Source: an uncultured Streptantibioticus sp. (GTDB lineage Bacteria > Actinomycetota > Actinomycetes > Streptomycetales > Streptomycetaceae). From it: a DNA stretch of 56,166 bases. The stretch is taken from positions 1-56,166 of the forward strand of contig CAYNNX010000004.1 of NCBI GenBank assembly GCA_964398515.1. The letters run 5' to 3'. Below the pieces are notes generated by a model, which saw only the letters and a list, made by a program, of their open reading frames with translations, did not search any database and was not told the DNA's origin. Below are positions 34,576 through 42,383 of this stretch, piece by piece; position 1 is the stretch's first letter, and each line of letters opens with the position of its first letter. The translations under genes and the position numbers were made by a program.

Positions 34576-34746
34576 CGGGACCGCGCGCGAGGCCGGGATC
34601 CGGGGAACCGGAGGGCGCGGCAGGCCCGTTGCGGAGCAGGGCAGGCCGGGCGGAACCGGCGGCGGAGAACCGGCCGGGCACAATGTGCGGACGAATCAGG
34701 GCCGACAACGGTCGCCCGACGCTCTGCCGGAAGTGAGGCCCCGCCC

Positions 34747-35352
34747 ATGCCGTCCCACCGGACCACCGTGCGTGCCACAGCCGCCGCCCTCGCGGCCGCG
34801 GGCGCCCTGCTCACGTCCGCCTGCGGAAGCCGTACCGCCGCGGCCCCCTCCCCCACGCTCTCCGTCTCCGCCCCCGCCTCCAGCCCCACTGCCGGTGCCC
34901 GGCCGTCCGCCCTGGACTCCGCGGCCGCGGGCGAGGTCCAGCAGCGGCTCGACCAGGCGGCCGGCGCCGTCGAACGGCTCGGCGCGTCCTACCCGGGCTC
35001 CTACACGGGCCTTGCGGTGGACGTCCCCGGCGACCGGCTCGTGGTCTACCGCACCGCGGACCCGGCCTTCGACGCCGCGCTCGCCCGGCTCCACACCGGC
35101 GTACGGACCGACCTGCGCAACGCTCCGCGGTCGCACCGGCAGTTGGAGGCCACGAGAAGCAGGGTGGAGCGGATGATGGGCGGCACCACCGGCTACCGGA
35201 TCCTGTCGGTCGGCGCCGGCAGCGAGGCGAGCTTCAGCCGCGGCGTGGTCGAGGTGGGCGTGACCGGCGATCTGGCCCGCGCCAAGCGCGAGTTGGGGGC
35301 GGCGTTCGGCGACGGCGTCTCGGTGAGCGCCGAGGAGCCGGCGGTGGGGTGA
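34747..35352 (+). CDS. secreted protein / probable lipoprotein, function unknown
   Basis: 201-aa track ORF. Signal peptide ends LLTSAC (imperfect lipobox), followed by a Ser/Pro/Ala linker. Confidence 0.65.
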   Translation: MPSHRTTVRATAAALAAAGALLTSACGSRTAAAPSPTLSVSAPASSPTAGARPSALDSAAAGEVQQRLDQAAGAVERLGASYPGSYTGLAVDVPGDRLVVYRTADPAFDAALARLHTGVRTDLRNAPRSHRQLEATRSRVERMMGGTTGYRILSVGAGSEASFSRGVVEVGVTGDLARAKRELGAAFGDGVSVSAEEPAVG

Positions 35353-35393
35353 GGTCACCCGCACCCGCGGAAACGTCGTACCGCGGGGGGGCG

Positions 35394-35816
35394 TCAGCGT
35401 GCGGGGAGCTCGCTGCGGTAGACCCAGGCGCCGCTCTCGCGCACGAAGTGGCTGCGCTCCTCCAGCACGCCGTCGCGGCCGCCCTCGGTGTAGTGGGCCC
35501 GGAAGGTGACGGTGCCCTCGGCATGGAACGGGCTGCCGTCGGTGGCGGCGAGGACCTCCAGCCGGCGCCACCGCAGGGCCGGGTCGAGGTCCAGGCGTGC
35601 CGGCCTGGTCTGGGTGTGCCAGGTCCGCAGCAGGTAGGCGCGATCGCGGACGGCGAACGCGCTGTACCGCGATCGCATCAGGGCCTCCGCGGTGGCGGCC
35701 TGTCCCTGGCCGCGGTGGAGGCGCCCGCAGCAGTGGCCGTAGGAGGCGGGCAGCCCGCAGGGGCAGGGCCCCGCGGAGTCGGCGGCCTGCGGGGGACGGG
35801 GGCGGGATCGCGGCAT
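35394..35816 (-). CDS. ychJ: YchJ family (UPF0225) protein with a SEC-C metal-binding motif
   Basis: 140-aa track ORF. CPCGLPASYGHCCG SEC-C motif and an NTF2-like remainder (MRSRYSAFAV). Confidence 0.85.
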   Translation of the reverse strand: MPRSRPRPPQAADSAGPCPCGLPASYGHCCGRLHRGQGQAATAEALMRSRYSAFAVRDRAYLLRTWHTQTRPARLDLDPALRWRRLEVLAATDGSPFHAEGTVTFRAHYTEGGRDGVLEERSHFVRESGAWVYRSELPAR

Positions 35817-35841
35817 GCGTCCATGATGCCGTGCGGAGCCG

Positions 35842-36588
35842 TCAGGCGGTGATGCCGTGGTCGCGCAGCGGCCCGACGGCCAGGCCCCGGCTGCGGCAGT
35901 GGTCGATCAGGGTCGGCAGCGCCTGCACGGTGACGCGCCAGGAGCCCGGGGCCGAGACGCGGTCGGTGTCGTGGAGGAGGACCGTCACGCCGCCGCACAG
36001 CCCGGCGTCCACGGTTCGCGTGATGGTTTCGGGGGTGGCCCCGGGCTCCCAGTCGCGCCCCCACGCCGACCACAGCACCGGCCGCAGCCCGAGCCGCCGG
36101 GCCGCCGCCCAGCGGCCGCCGGTGAGGATGCCGTACGGCGGCCGGTACCACCGCGGCCGGGTGCCGCAGACGCCGGTGACCGCTTCGACGGCACACCGCA
36201 GATCACGCAGCTCGCGCACGGGGGCCGGCCGCCACGGCCGCCGGTGGTCCCAGCCGTGGACGCCGACCTCGTGTCCCCGCGCGAGGAGCTCCCGCCCGAG
36301 CCCGGGATCGTCGAGCAGGGCGCGGCCCAGCACGAAGAAGGTCGCCCGCACCCCGAGCCGGTCCAGGGTGTCCAGGACGAGCGGGGTGCTGGTGCGGTCG
36401 GGGCCGTCGTCGAAGGTGAGGGCGACGTGGTCCGGGCGCCCGCGGCCGTCCAGCACCGGAAAAAGCGCCCGCCGCACCGGCGGCAGCCAGGTCGCCGCGG
36501 GCCCGATGTGCAGCGCCCCCGCGACCAGCGCGCACGCGCACGGCGCACCCCACACGAAGGGCCCGGGCAGCGGGCGGTCGGCGCGCAC
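35842..36588 (-). CDS. polysaccharide deacetylase (NodB/CE4) family protein with an N-terminal TM segment
   Basis: Only the last 248 codons of the 1027-aa track ORF look coding. GTG 36588 was chosen as start, which is uncertain. NodB motifs ALTFDDGP and HGWDH. Confidence 0.8.
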   Translation of the reverse strand: MRADRPLPGPFVWGAPCACALVAGALHIGPAATWLPPVRRALFPVLDGRGRPDHVALTFDDGPDRTSTPLVLDTLDRLGVRATFFVLGRALLDDPGLGRELLARGHEVGVHGWDHRRPWRPAPVRELRDLRCAVEAVTGVCGTRPRWYRPPYGILTGGRWAAARRLGLRPVLWSAWGRDWEPGATPETITRTVDAGLCGGVTVLLHDTDRVSAPGSWRVTVQALPTLIDHCRSRGLAVGPLRDHGITA

Positions 36589-36648
36589 GTTGCCCAGTGT
36601 CCCCGGTCCCGGGCCACCGCGCGCCCTGGCCACCGGCACGCCCGGAGC

Positions 36649-36677
36649 GGACCGGCCGAAGCTCTTCCGGCCGGTCC
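36649..36677. promoter_or_regulatory. perfect 10-bp inverted repeat in the divergent spacer (candidate operator or RNA hairpin)
   Basis: GGACCGGCCG (36649-36658), a 9-nt loop, then CGGCCGGTCC (36668-36677). It lies between the deacetylase start (36588) and the GT28 start (36778). Confidence 0.25.
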
Positions 36678-36777
36678 GGTTCGATACGTCCGACCGGGGT
36701 ACTGGTGGCCCGCCGGTGCGCGCGCCGCCGTCAGGGGCGGGCGCGAGGGGGGCGGATGCCGGGAAGGCGGTGAACGC

Positions 36778-37929
36778 GTGGGACAGCGGTTCGTGATACT
36801 CAGCGCGAGGATGGGCGCCGGACACGACGCGGTGGCGGCGGAGCTGGCACACCGGCTGGCCGCCCGCGGGCACCGCCCGGAGACCGTGGACGTCCTCGGG
36901 CTGCTCCCGGCCCGTCTGGGAGCGGCGCTGCGCGGTTTCTACGCCGCGACGGTCCGGCACGCGCCCGCCGTCTACGAGGCGATCTACCGGGCTTACTTCG
37001 CCCCGCGGCCGGGCGTGTCCCCGCACGGCGCCATGGACACCTCGCCCGTCGTCGGTCCGGCGGCCCGGGCGCTGCGGCGGCGCCTGGCGGACGACCCGCC
37101 GGACGCGGTGGTCTCCACGTTCCACCTGGCCGCGCAGATCGGCGGCCGGCTGCGGGCCGAGGGCGCGCTGCGGGCCGCGAGCGTCGTGGTGGTCACCGAC
37201 TTCGCCGTCCACCGGCAGTGGGTGCACCCCGCCAACGACCTGTATCTGTGCCCGACCCCGCAGACCGCCGAGGACGCCCGCCGCCTGGGCGCACGCCGTG
37301 CCGTGCCGGTGGGACCGGTGGTGCCCGGGGCGTTCCGCGACGGGACAGCCGCCGCGCGGGCCGACCGCTTCGCCCGTCTCTTCGCCGAGCGGGCGCCGGG
37401 CCGCGCCCCGGTCCTGCTCTCGACCGGGGCGTGGGGCGTGGGCTCGGGGCTGGAGCGGACCGCGGCGCTGCTCGGCCGCGACGGGTACCTGCCGGTGGCG
37501 ATGTGCGGCCGCGGCGCGGCGCTGCGCAGGCGCCTGGAGCGGGTGCCCGGGGCCGTGGCGCTGGGCTGGGTGGACGACGTGCCGGCGCTGCTGTCGGCGG
37601 TCCGGGTCCTGGTGGAGAACGCCGCGGGGCAGACGGCGGCGCAGGCACTGGCGGCCGGCCTGCCGGTGGTCAGCTACCGCCCGATCGCGGGACACGGCGT
37701 GGACGGGGCCCGCCGGATGGCCGACGCCGGGCTGTCGAGCCATGCGGGCACCCCCGACGAGCTGCTGCGGACCCTGGCCGAGCTGGCGCCCGAGGGACCG
37801 GTGCGGCGCGCCCGGATCGCCGCCGGGCGGGCACTGTTCACGGGCGACGCCGCCGACGCCGTCGTGGCCGCCGCCCGTGCCGTCCCCGGCCGGAACCCGG
37901 CAGCGGGCATCACCGGCGACCCCCGGTGA
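36778..37929 (+). CDS. MGDG-synthase-like (GT28 family) glycolipid glycosyltransferase
   Basis: Start at GTG 36778 (GGAAGG 10 nt upstream) inside track ORF 35857..37929. The N-terminal ILSARMGAGHD motif is typical of the MGDG synthase/UgtP N-domain. The C-terminal half looks like a GT-B fold. Confidence 0.8.
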   Translation: MGQRFVILSARMGAGHDAVAAELAHRLAARGHRPETVDVLGLLPARLGAALRGFYAATVRHAPAVYEAIYRAYFAPRPGVSPHGAMDTSPVVGPAARALRRRLADDPPDAVVSTFHLAAQIGGRLRAEGALRAASVVVVTDFAVHRQWVHPANDLYLCPTPQTAEDARRLGARRAVPVGPVVPGAFRDGTAAARADRFARLFAERAPGRAPVLLSTGAWGVGSGLERTAALLGRDGYLPVAMCGRGAALRRRLERVPGAVALGWVDDVPALLSAVRVLVENAAGQTAAQALAAGLPVVSYRPIAGHGVDGARRMADAGLSSHAGTPDELLRTLAELAPEGPVRRARIAAGRALFTGDAADAVVAAARAVPGRNPAAGITGDPR

Positions 37930-37982
37930 CCGGCGGCGCCCCGATCCGGTGACGGGCCGCTGGCTGCGCCCCCCGCACCACG

Positions 37983-38822
37983 TCAGGCGAGCCGTGCCGC
38001 CAGGCGGCGGAAGACACCGGGCGCCACGCCGTGCAGGCGGGCCGGGACGCGCAGCCAGCGGGGGACGAAGACCTCCTCCCGGTGGCGCAGCAGAACGCGG
38101 TACACGCTCTCGGCCACCCTTTCCGGGGGCACCGGGCGCGGCGTGTCGCGGGTGTAGAGGGCGCCGCGGCGGGCGAAGAACGGGGTGTCCACCGCGCCGG
38201 GGACGACCACGGACACGTGCACTCCCGCGCCCCGGACCTCGTAGCGCAGGCTGTCGGCGAAGGCGTGCAGGGCGGCCTTGGTCGCCGAGTAGACCGCCTC
38301 CTCGCCCACCCCGACCGTCCCGGCGATGGAGCCGACCAGGACGACGTGGCCCGAGCCGCGGCGCACCATGCCGGGGAGGACGGCCCGCACGAGGTGGACC
38401 GGCGCCGCCAGGTTGACCGCCAGCAGCCGGTCGACGGCCTCCACCGGCATCTCGCAGAAGCGGCCCGCCCAGCCGACCCCGGCGCTGGCGACCAGTACGT
38501 CCACCCGGTCGGCCGCGTCCATCGCCCGCCGCGCCAGTTCCCGGCTCCCCTGCGGCGTGGACAGGTCCCCGGGCAGCGGCAGGCCGCCGGTCCGTGCGGC
38601 GACCGCGTCCAGGCGTTGGGTGTCGCGGCCGTTCAGCAGCAGTTCCCACCGGCCGGACGCCGCCAGCCGGGCGGCGACGGCCGCGCCGATCCCCGAGGAC
38701 GCGCCGGTCACCATCGCGACCGGGTGCGTACCCCGCCCCCGGCGGGCGGCGGCGGACGCCCGCGCGCCCGCGGGGTCCGCCATCGCTGTGTTCGCCGCGT
38801 TCCACGGCGCGCGGTCCCGCAT
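37983..38822 (-). CDS. short-chain dehydrogenase/reductase (SDR)
   Basis: Start at ATG 38822 (GAGGAGAGG SD). Motifs VTGASSGIG and YSATKAAL (YxxxK). Confidence 0.85.
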   Translation of the reverse strand: MRDRAPWNAANTAMADPAGARASAAARRGRGTHPVAMVTGASSGIGAAVAARLAASGRWELLLNGRDTQRLDAVAARTGGLPLPGDLSTPQGSRELARRAMDAADRVDVLVASAGVGWAGRFCEMPVEAVDRLLAVNLAAPVHLVRAVLPGMVRRGSGHVVLVGSIAGTVGVGEEAVYSATKAALHAFADSLRYEVRGAGVHVSVVVPGAVDTPFFARRGALYTRDTPRPVPPERVAESVYRVLLRHREEVFVPRWLRVPARLHGVAPGVFRRLAARLA

Positions 38823-38948
38823 GGCCTCTCCTCGTCGCCACGTTGCCGGACGTCTCAGCTGCTTTGCAGATACTCCCAAATTGGTACGGTACGTGACGAA
38901 TGCCCCACCCGTCGGTCGGGTTCACCCGGGAAACAGGGAAATGCTTCG

Positions 38949-39884
38949 GTGCTGACGTATCTCCTGGCCGTCCTGGCCGCCTGCGCCAACGCGGCGGCGT
39001 CGGTACTCCAGCGCAAGGCCAATCGGGAGCTGACCGGGGATTTCGGGGCGAGTCCGCGGCTGGTCCTGACCCTGCTGCGACGGCCGGTGTGGTGCGCCGG
39101 GGTGCTCGCCGTCATCGCGGGCTTCCTGCTTCAGGCCACGGCGCTGTCCCGTGGCAGCCTGTCGGTCGTGGAGCCGATCCTCGTCTTCGAGCTGCCGCTG
39201 ACCCTGCTGGTCGCCTCGCGCGTTTTCCGCACCCGGCTGCACACCCGGGAGTGGTGCTCGGCCCTGGCCATGACCACCGGTCTCGCACTCATGCTGTACG
39301 CCCTCGCCCCCTCGTCCGGGGACCCGCTGCAGGTGCCCTGGTACGACTGGCTGATGGGCGTCGCCGCCAATCTGCTGCTGGTGGCCTCGGTGATCGTGTG
39401 GGGGCGCGGGCGCGGCTCCACACGGCGCGGCGGACGGCGGGCGGCGGCCTTCGGGTTCGCCGCGGGCGCGCAGTTCGGCCTGACGGCGGCGCTGATGAAG
39501 GGCGCGATGAGCCGATCGGTCTACGGCGTGGGCGCGGTCGTCACCTCCTGGCAGCTTTACGCCATGGTGGTGGCGGGCGTCGCCGGGATGGTCCTGCTCC
39601 AGGCGGCGCTGCACGCGGGCCGGCTGCTCGCCGCGCAGCCGGGGCTGACGCTGTCGGACCCGCTGGTCTCGGTGCTGTGGGGGGTGCTCGTCCTCAACGA
39701 GGAGGTCCGCGGCGGCGGCTATCTGCTGCTCGCGGTGGCCGGCGGGGTCGCGGTCGTGGCGGGGGTGCTGGTCCTCGCCCGCTCGCCCCTGCTCGACGAG
39801 GCCGCCGCCGAGCCTGCCGCACCGGGCGGGCCGGGCCGGACGGCGGGGGACTCCGGCCCCGGCGTCCGCCGCACCCGCCCGTGA
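38949..39884 (+). CDS. DMT (EamA-like) superfamily membrane protein
   Basis: Start at GTG 38949 inside track ORF 38031..39884. 311 aa with about 9-10 TM helices and a charged Pro/Gly-rich tail. Confidence 0.65.
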   Translation: MLTYLLAVLAACANAAASVLQRKANRELTGDFGASPRLVLTLLRRPVWCAGVLAVIAGFLLQATALSRGSLSVVEPILVFELPLTLLVASRVFRTRLHTREWCSALAMTTGLALMLYALAPSSGDPLQVPWYDWLMGVAANLLLVASVIVWGRGRGSTRRGGRRAAAFGFAAGAQFGLTAALMKGAMSRSVYGVGAVVTSWQLYAMVVAGVAGMVLLQAALHAGRLLAAQPGLTLSDPLVSVLWGVLVLNEEVRGGGYLLLAVAGGVAVVAGVLVLARSPLLDEAAAEPAAPGGPGRTAGDSGPGVRRTRP

Positions 39885-39897
39885 GGCGCGGGCTGCG

Positions 39898-40395
39898 TTA
39901 CGTCGCGGCCGTCCTCGGGCGGGGCAGGGCGGAGCGCGGCCTGCCCGCCGCCGAGCGCCGCCGCTTGGCCCTGGCACACGCCGCGACGAGGGCCTCCTCG
40001 ATGAGCTTGACCTGGTCGAGCATGGCGCTGGCCCACATCTGCTCCCGCACGTAGACACCCGAGGTGTCCAGGGCCTCGGCGGGCCGGGGCTTGTCCGCGA
40101 AGAGCGATGCGTGCAGCGTGCGCAACCGGGCCTGGACGGCGGCGAGTTCGGCCTCCAGCTGCATGCGGATCATGGAGGCGAGCTCGACGGGGTGCTTGTG
40201 GAGCACCTCCTCGTAGCGCCATCGGGCTGGCGCCAGGTCGAAGAGCCAGGCCTTGGCCGACTGTTCGAAACCGGGCGAGTCCGGCGGGCTGACGGCGCCC
40301 GGCCACCGGGCGGGCCCGGCGGGTGGGAAGGGTGTGTCCGCGTGGTCGGCGGGGCGTCGGCCCGCCGGGTCCGAGGGGGGTGTCGATGGTGCCAC
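39898..40395 (-). CDS. hypothetical protein (165 aa)
   Basis: Start at GTG 40395 (AAGGACGG upstream) inside track ORF 39898..40449. Pro-rich N-terminus followed by a helical region. TAA stop. Confidence 0.55.
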   Translation of the reverse strand: MAPSTPPSDPAGRRPADHADTPFPPAGPARWPGAVSPPDSPGFEQSAKAWLFDLAPARWRYEEVLHKHPVELASMIRMQLEAELAAVQARLRTLHASLFADKPRPAEALDTSGVYVREQMWASAMLDQVKLIEEALVAACARAKRRRSAAGRPRSALPRPRTAAT

Positions 40396-40586
40396 GTGTG
40401 TCCGTCCTTGCCTGTTACCCCGTCTGTCGGTTGGGAGTGGAGGGGGCACGTCCCGCGGCTGACGCTGCGCCTCGCGCCGCGGACATGCTCGTCGGATGCC
40501 TCGGCCGTGGTGGTCGTGCTGCCCGGACCTGCGGCGCTGCTGTCACCGACTGGGTCGGCGGGTGGCCCGGACCATGAGTGGGCAAA

Positions 40587-40614
40587 ACAGTACCTATTCG
40601 CTTGTTTGCGTCAA
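40587..40614 (-). promoter_or_regulatory. sigma70-like promoter candidate TTGACG-16 nt-TACTGT
   Basis: Read on the minus strand, in the comparatively AT-rich 227-bp spacer between the sigma-fusion stop (40623) and the start of the downstream hypothetical gene (40395). Confidence 0.3.
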
Positions 40615-40622
40615 GACTTCCT

Positions 40623-42149
40623 TCACGGAGAGCTGGTCAGGGCCGGTACGGCCGACGGTGACGTGGTGGCGGTCGGCGTCGGCACGCCCGGGGCCGTAGG
40701 GGTTGCGGTGGCGGGCGCCGGCGGCGCCGGGACGCCCGTCGCGGTCGGTGAGTCGGCCGGGGTCGGCGAGCCGGTCGCGGTCGTCGAGTCCGTCGGGGTC
40801 GGGGTCGCCGTCGGGCCCGTGGCCGTGGCGGCGGTGGTCGGGGCCGGGCTCTGCGGGCTCTGCACGGGCGTCGCGGTGTGCGTCGGGGACGCGGGCGCCG
40901 CCGAGGTCGCGGAGGGCCGCGGGGCCGGGGCGGTCGTCGCAGCCGGGTGCGTGGGCGTGGAGGCGGCATGCGTGGGCGCGGGGGTCCAGGTGGACCGAGC
41001 GGCCACCGCCTGCGTCACGGGAGGCGTCGCAGGCCGCGTCGCAGGCAGGCCGTACACCGGCGTCACGGGCACGGGGCCAGACGTCGCGAGCTGTGCCGCC
41101 GGACCGGTCGGCGCGGCGGAGGCGCCCGGGGCGGGACGGGTGGCCGCGGACGCCTGCGACGGCCCTGGCGACGGCGTGGCCGACGCCTTGGCCGGGGATG
41201 CCGAAGGCGACGCGGACGCGGCCGACGGCGAGGGGACCCGGAGCCCCGCCGCGGGGGCCGAGACCGCCGACGCCTTCGGCCCGCCGCCGGTGACCGCCAG
41301 TCCCAGCGCGACCCCCGCGCACGCCACGCATGCCATGCCCGTCGCGCCCACGGCCATCGGTGTCCGCCGCCCGTGCAGCACGCGGCGGAAGCCGCCCGCC
41401 ACCTTGGTGTACATCGGCGCGGCCGAGGCGCGGCCCGCGCCGACGTACGGGATCAGCCAGTCCGCCGTACCGCTGAGGAGCAGCGAGAGCAGAGCGGGGC
41501 CGACGAGTTCGGGGAGGCGGTCCGCGGCCTGTTCGAGCAGGGCGACGCGGGCGCGGCAGTCGTCGCACGCGGCTGCGTGGCGCAGGCTCGCGCGCACGTC
41601 GCCGGGGGCGTCGGATACCCGCAGCCCTGCGGGTATCCGGTCCCAGTGCGCCGCGCACGCGGGGTCCCAGGGGGTGCCGGGGTGGGCCTGGAGGAAGCCT
41701 TGGCGCAGGCCCTCGCGGGCCCGGTTCGCCAGCGCGGCGGCGGAGGCCCGGCCGATCCCCAGGCGCCGCCCGGTCGCGGTCGCCGACAGCCCCTCCAGCT
41801 CGCCGAGCCACAGGGCCGTCACCCAGCGCCGCGGCATCGCGCCGAGGGCGCGCACGGCGACGTCGGTGCGGGGCCACTGCTGGGCCGTCTCCGGGGCGGT
41901 GCGTCCGGGGTCGGTGTCCGCGGCGGCGTCGCGGACCGCCTCGGTCAGCGCGGCGGGGACGTCCCGCACCGGCTCACCGGCCGCGAGACGCCGCCAGACG
42001 CGGAAGTGCGCCTGGGCCACCACGTCCACCGCGCGTGCCGGGTTGCCGGTGAGCGAGCGCGCGTAGGCGACGAGGCGCGGATGCTGTTCATGGTGGATCC
42101 GGGCGTAGACGGACGGATCCGGCACTGCATAGTCCTCGGTCATGCTCAT
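40623..42149 (-). CDS. ECF-type sigma factor fused to a ZAS-type anti-sigma domain, one TM helix and a Pro/Thr/Ala/Ser-rich extracytoplasmic tail
   Basis: Start at ATG 42149 (508 aa). Sigma region 2 (HPRLVAYARSLTGNPARAVDVVAQAHFRVW) and region 4 (ALWLGELEGLSATATGRRLGIGRASAAALANRAREGL). Zinc motif C165-x25-H191-x3-C195-x2-C198. TM helix at about 265-286. About 220 aa of PT-rich low complexity follow. Confidence 0.8.
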   Translation of the reverse strand: MSMTEDYAVPDPSVYARIHHEQHPRLVAYARSLTGNPARAVDVVAQAHFRVWRRLAAGEPVRDVPAALTEAVRDAAADTDPGRTAPETAQQWPRTDVAVRALGAMPRRWVTALWLGELEGLSATATGRRLGIGRASAAALANRAREGLRQGFLQAHPGTPWDPACAAHWDRIPAGLRVSDAPGDVRASLRHAAACDDCRARVALLEQAADRLPELVGPALLSLLLSGTADWLIPYVGAGRASAAPMYTKVAGGFRRVLHGRRTPMAVGATGMACVACAGVALGLAVTGGGPKASAVSAPAAGLRVPSPSAASASPSASPAKASATPSPGPSQASAATRPAPGASAAPTGPAAQLATSGPVPVTPVYGLPATRPATPPVTQAVAARSTWTPAPTHAASTPTHPAATTAPAPRPSATSAAPASPTHTATPVQSPQSPAPTTAATATGPTATPTPTDSTTATGSPTPADSPTATGVPAPPAPATATPTAPGVPTPTATTSPSAVPALTSSP

Positions 42150-42295
42150 TACATCCCTGTCAGCACACCCCTGCGGCATTCATTCGATTTGCAAGGTTAA
42201 GCGGCGATTGGGCCCGAGACGACCGATGGTGACTCACGTCACTGCACCCCGGCGACGGCGCCTTCACCCCGAGCGGGCACCCCGCCGCACCGCCC

Positions 42296-42352
42296 TTGAC
42301 AGGCCGAACCGTCGCTGGCTTAACTCCTCATATCGCGAACCGAATGGTCGGT
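42296..42352 (+). promoter_or_regulatory. candidate paaK promoter (TTGACA-18 nt-TTAACT) followed by the dyad ACCG-N6-CGGT
   Basis: TTGACA at 42296-42301 and TTAACT at 42320-42325. ACCGAATGGTCGGT at 42339-42352 lies 32 nt before the paaK ATG. A related ACCGATGGT occurs at 42222-42230. As I remember it, this resembles the ACCG..CGGT core reported for PaaR operators. Confidence 0.3.
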
Positions 42353-42383
42353 CGGTACACGCCTCCGCGGGTGAGGAGACACC

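Noticed and set aside
36668-36700. tRNA-like T-loop string GGTTCGATACG in the deacetylase/GT28 spacer
   Set aside because: It does not match GGTTCGA(A/T)TCC, and no acceptor, D or anticodon arms can be drawn around it. It is better explained as part of local inverted repeats.
36589-38925. Upstream 779 codons of the 1027-aa minus ORF 35842..38925
   Set aside because: Only the last 248 codons (deacetylase) look like protein. The rest is Arg/Pro/Gly-rich and antisense to the GT28 gene, or in a different frame from the SDR gene.
38941-38955. 4-codon mini-ORF (ATG CTT CGG TGC TGA) overlapping the DMT gene GTG start, analogous to the 33137 leader ORF
   Set aside because: The only SD-like AGGGA sits just 2-3 nt from this ATG, which is too close. 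It is better spaced for GTG 38949, so the mini-ORF is probably not translated.
40623-41300. Highly repetitive GC-rich DNA (GTCGGGGTCGG-type units) that could be mistaken for a tandem-repeat or CRISPR-like array
   Set aside because: There are no regular repeat-spacer units. It is the coding sequence for the Pro/Thr/Ala/Ser-rich tail of the sigma-fusion protein, in frame with upstream sigma motifs.
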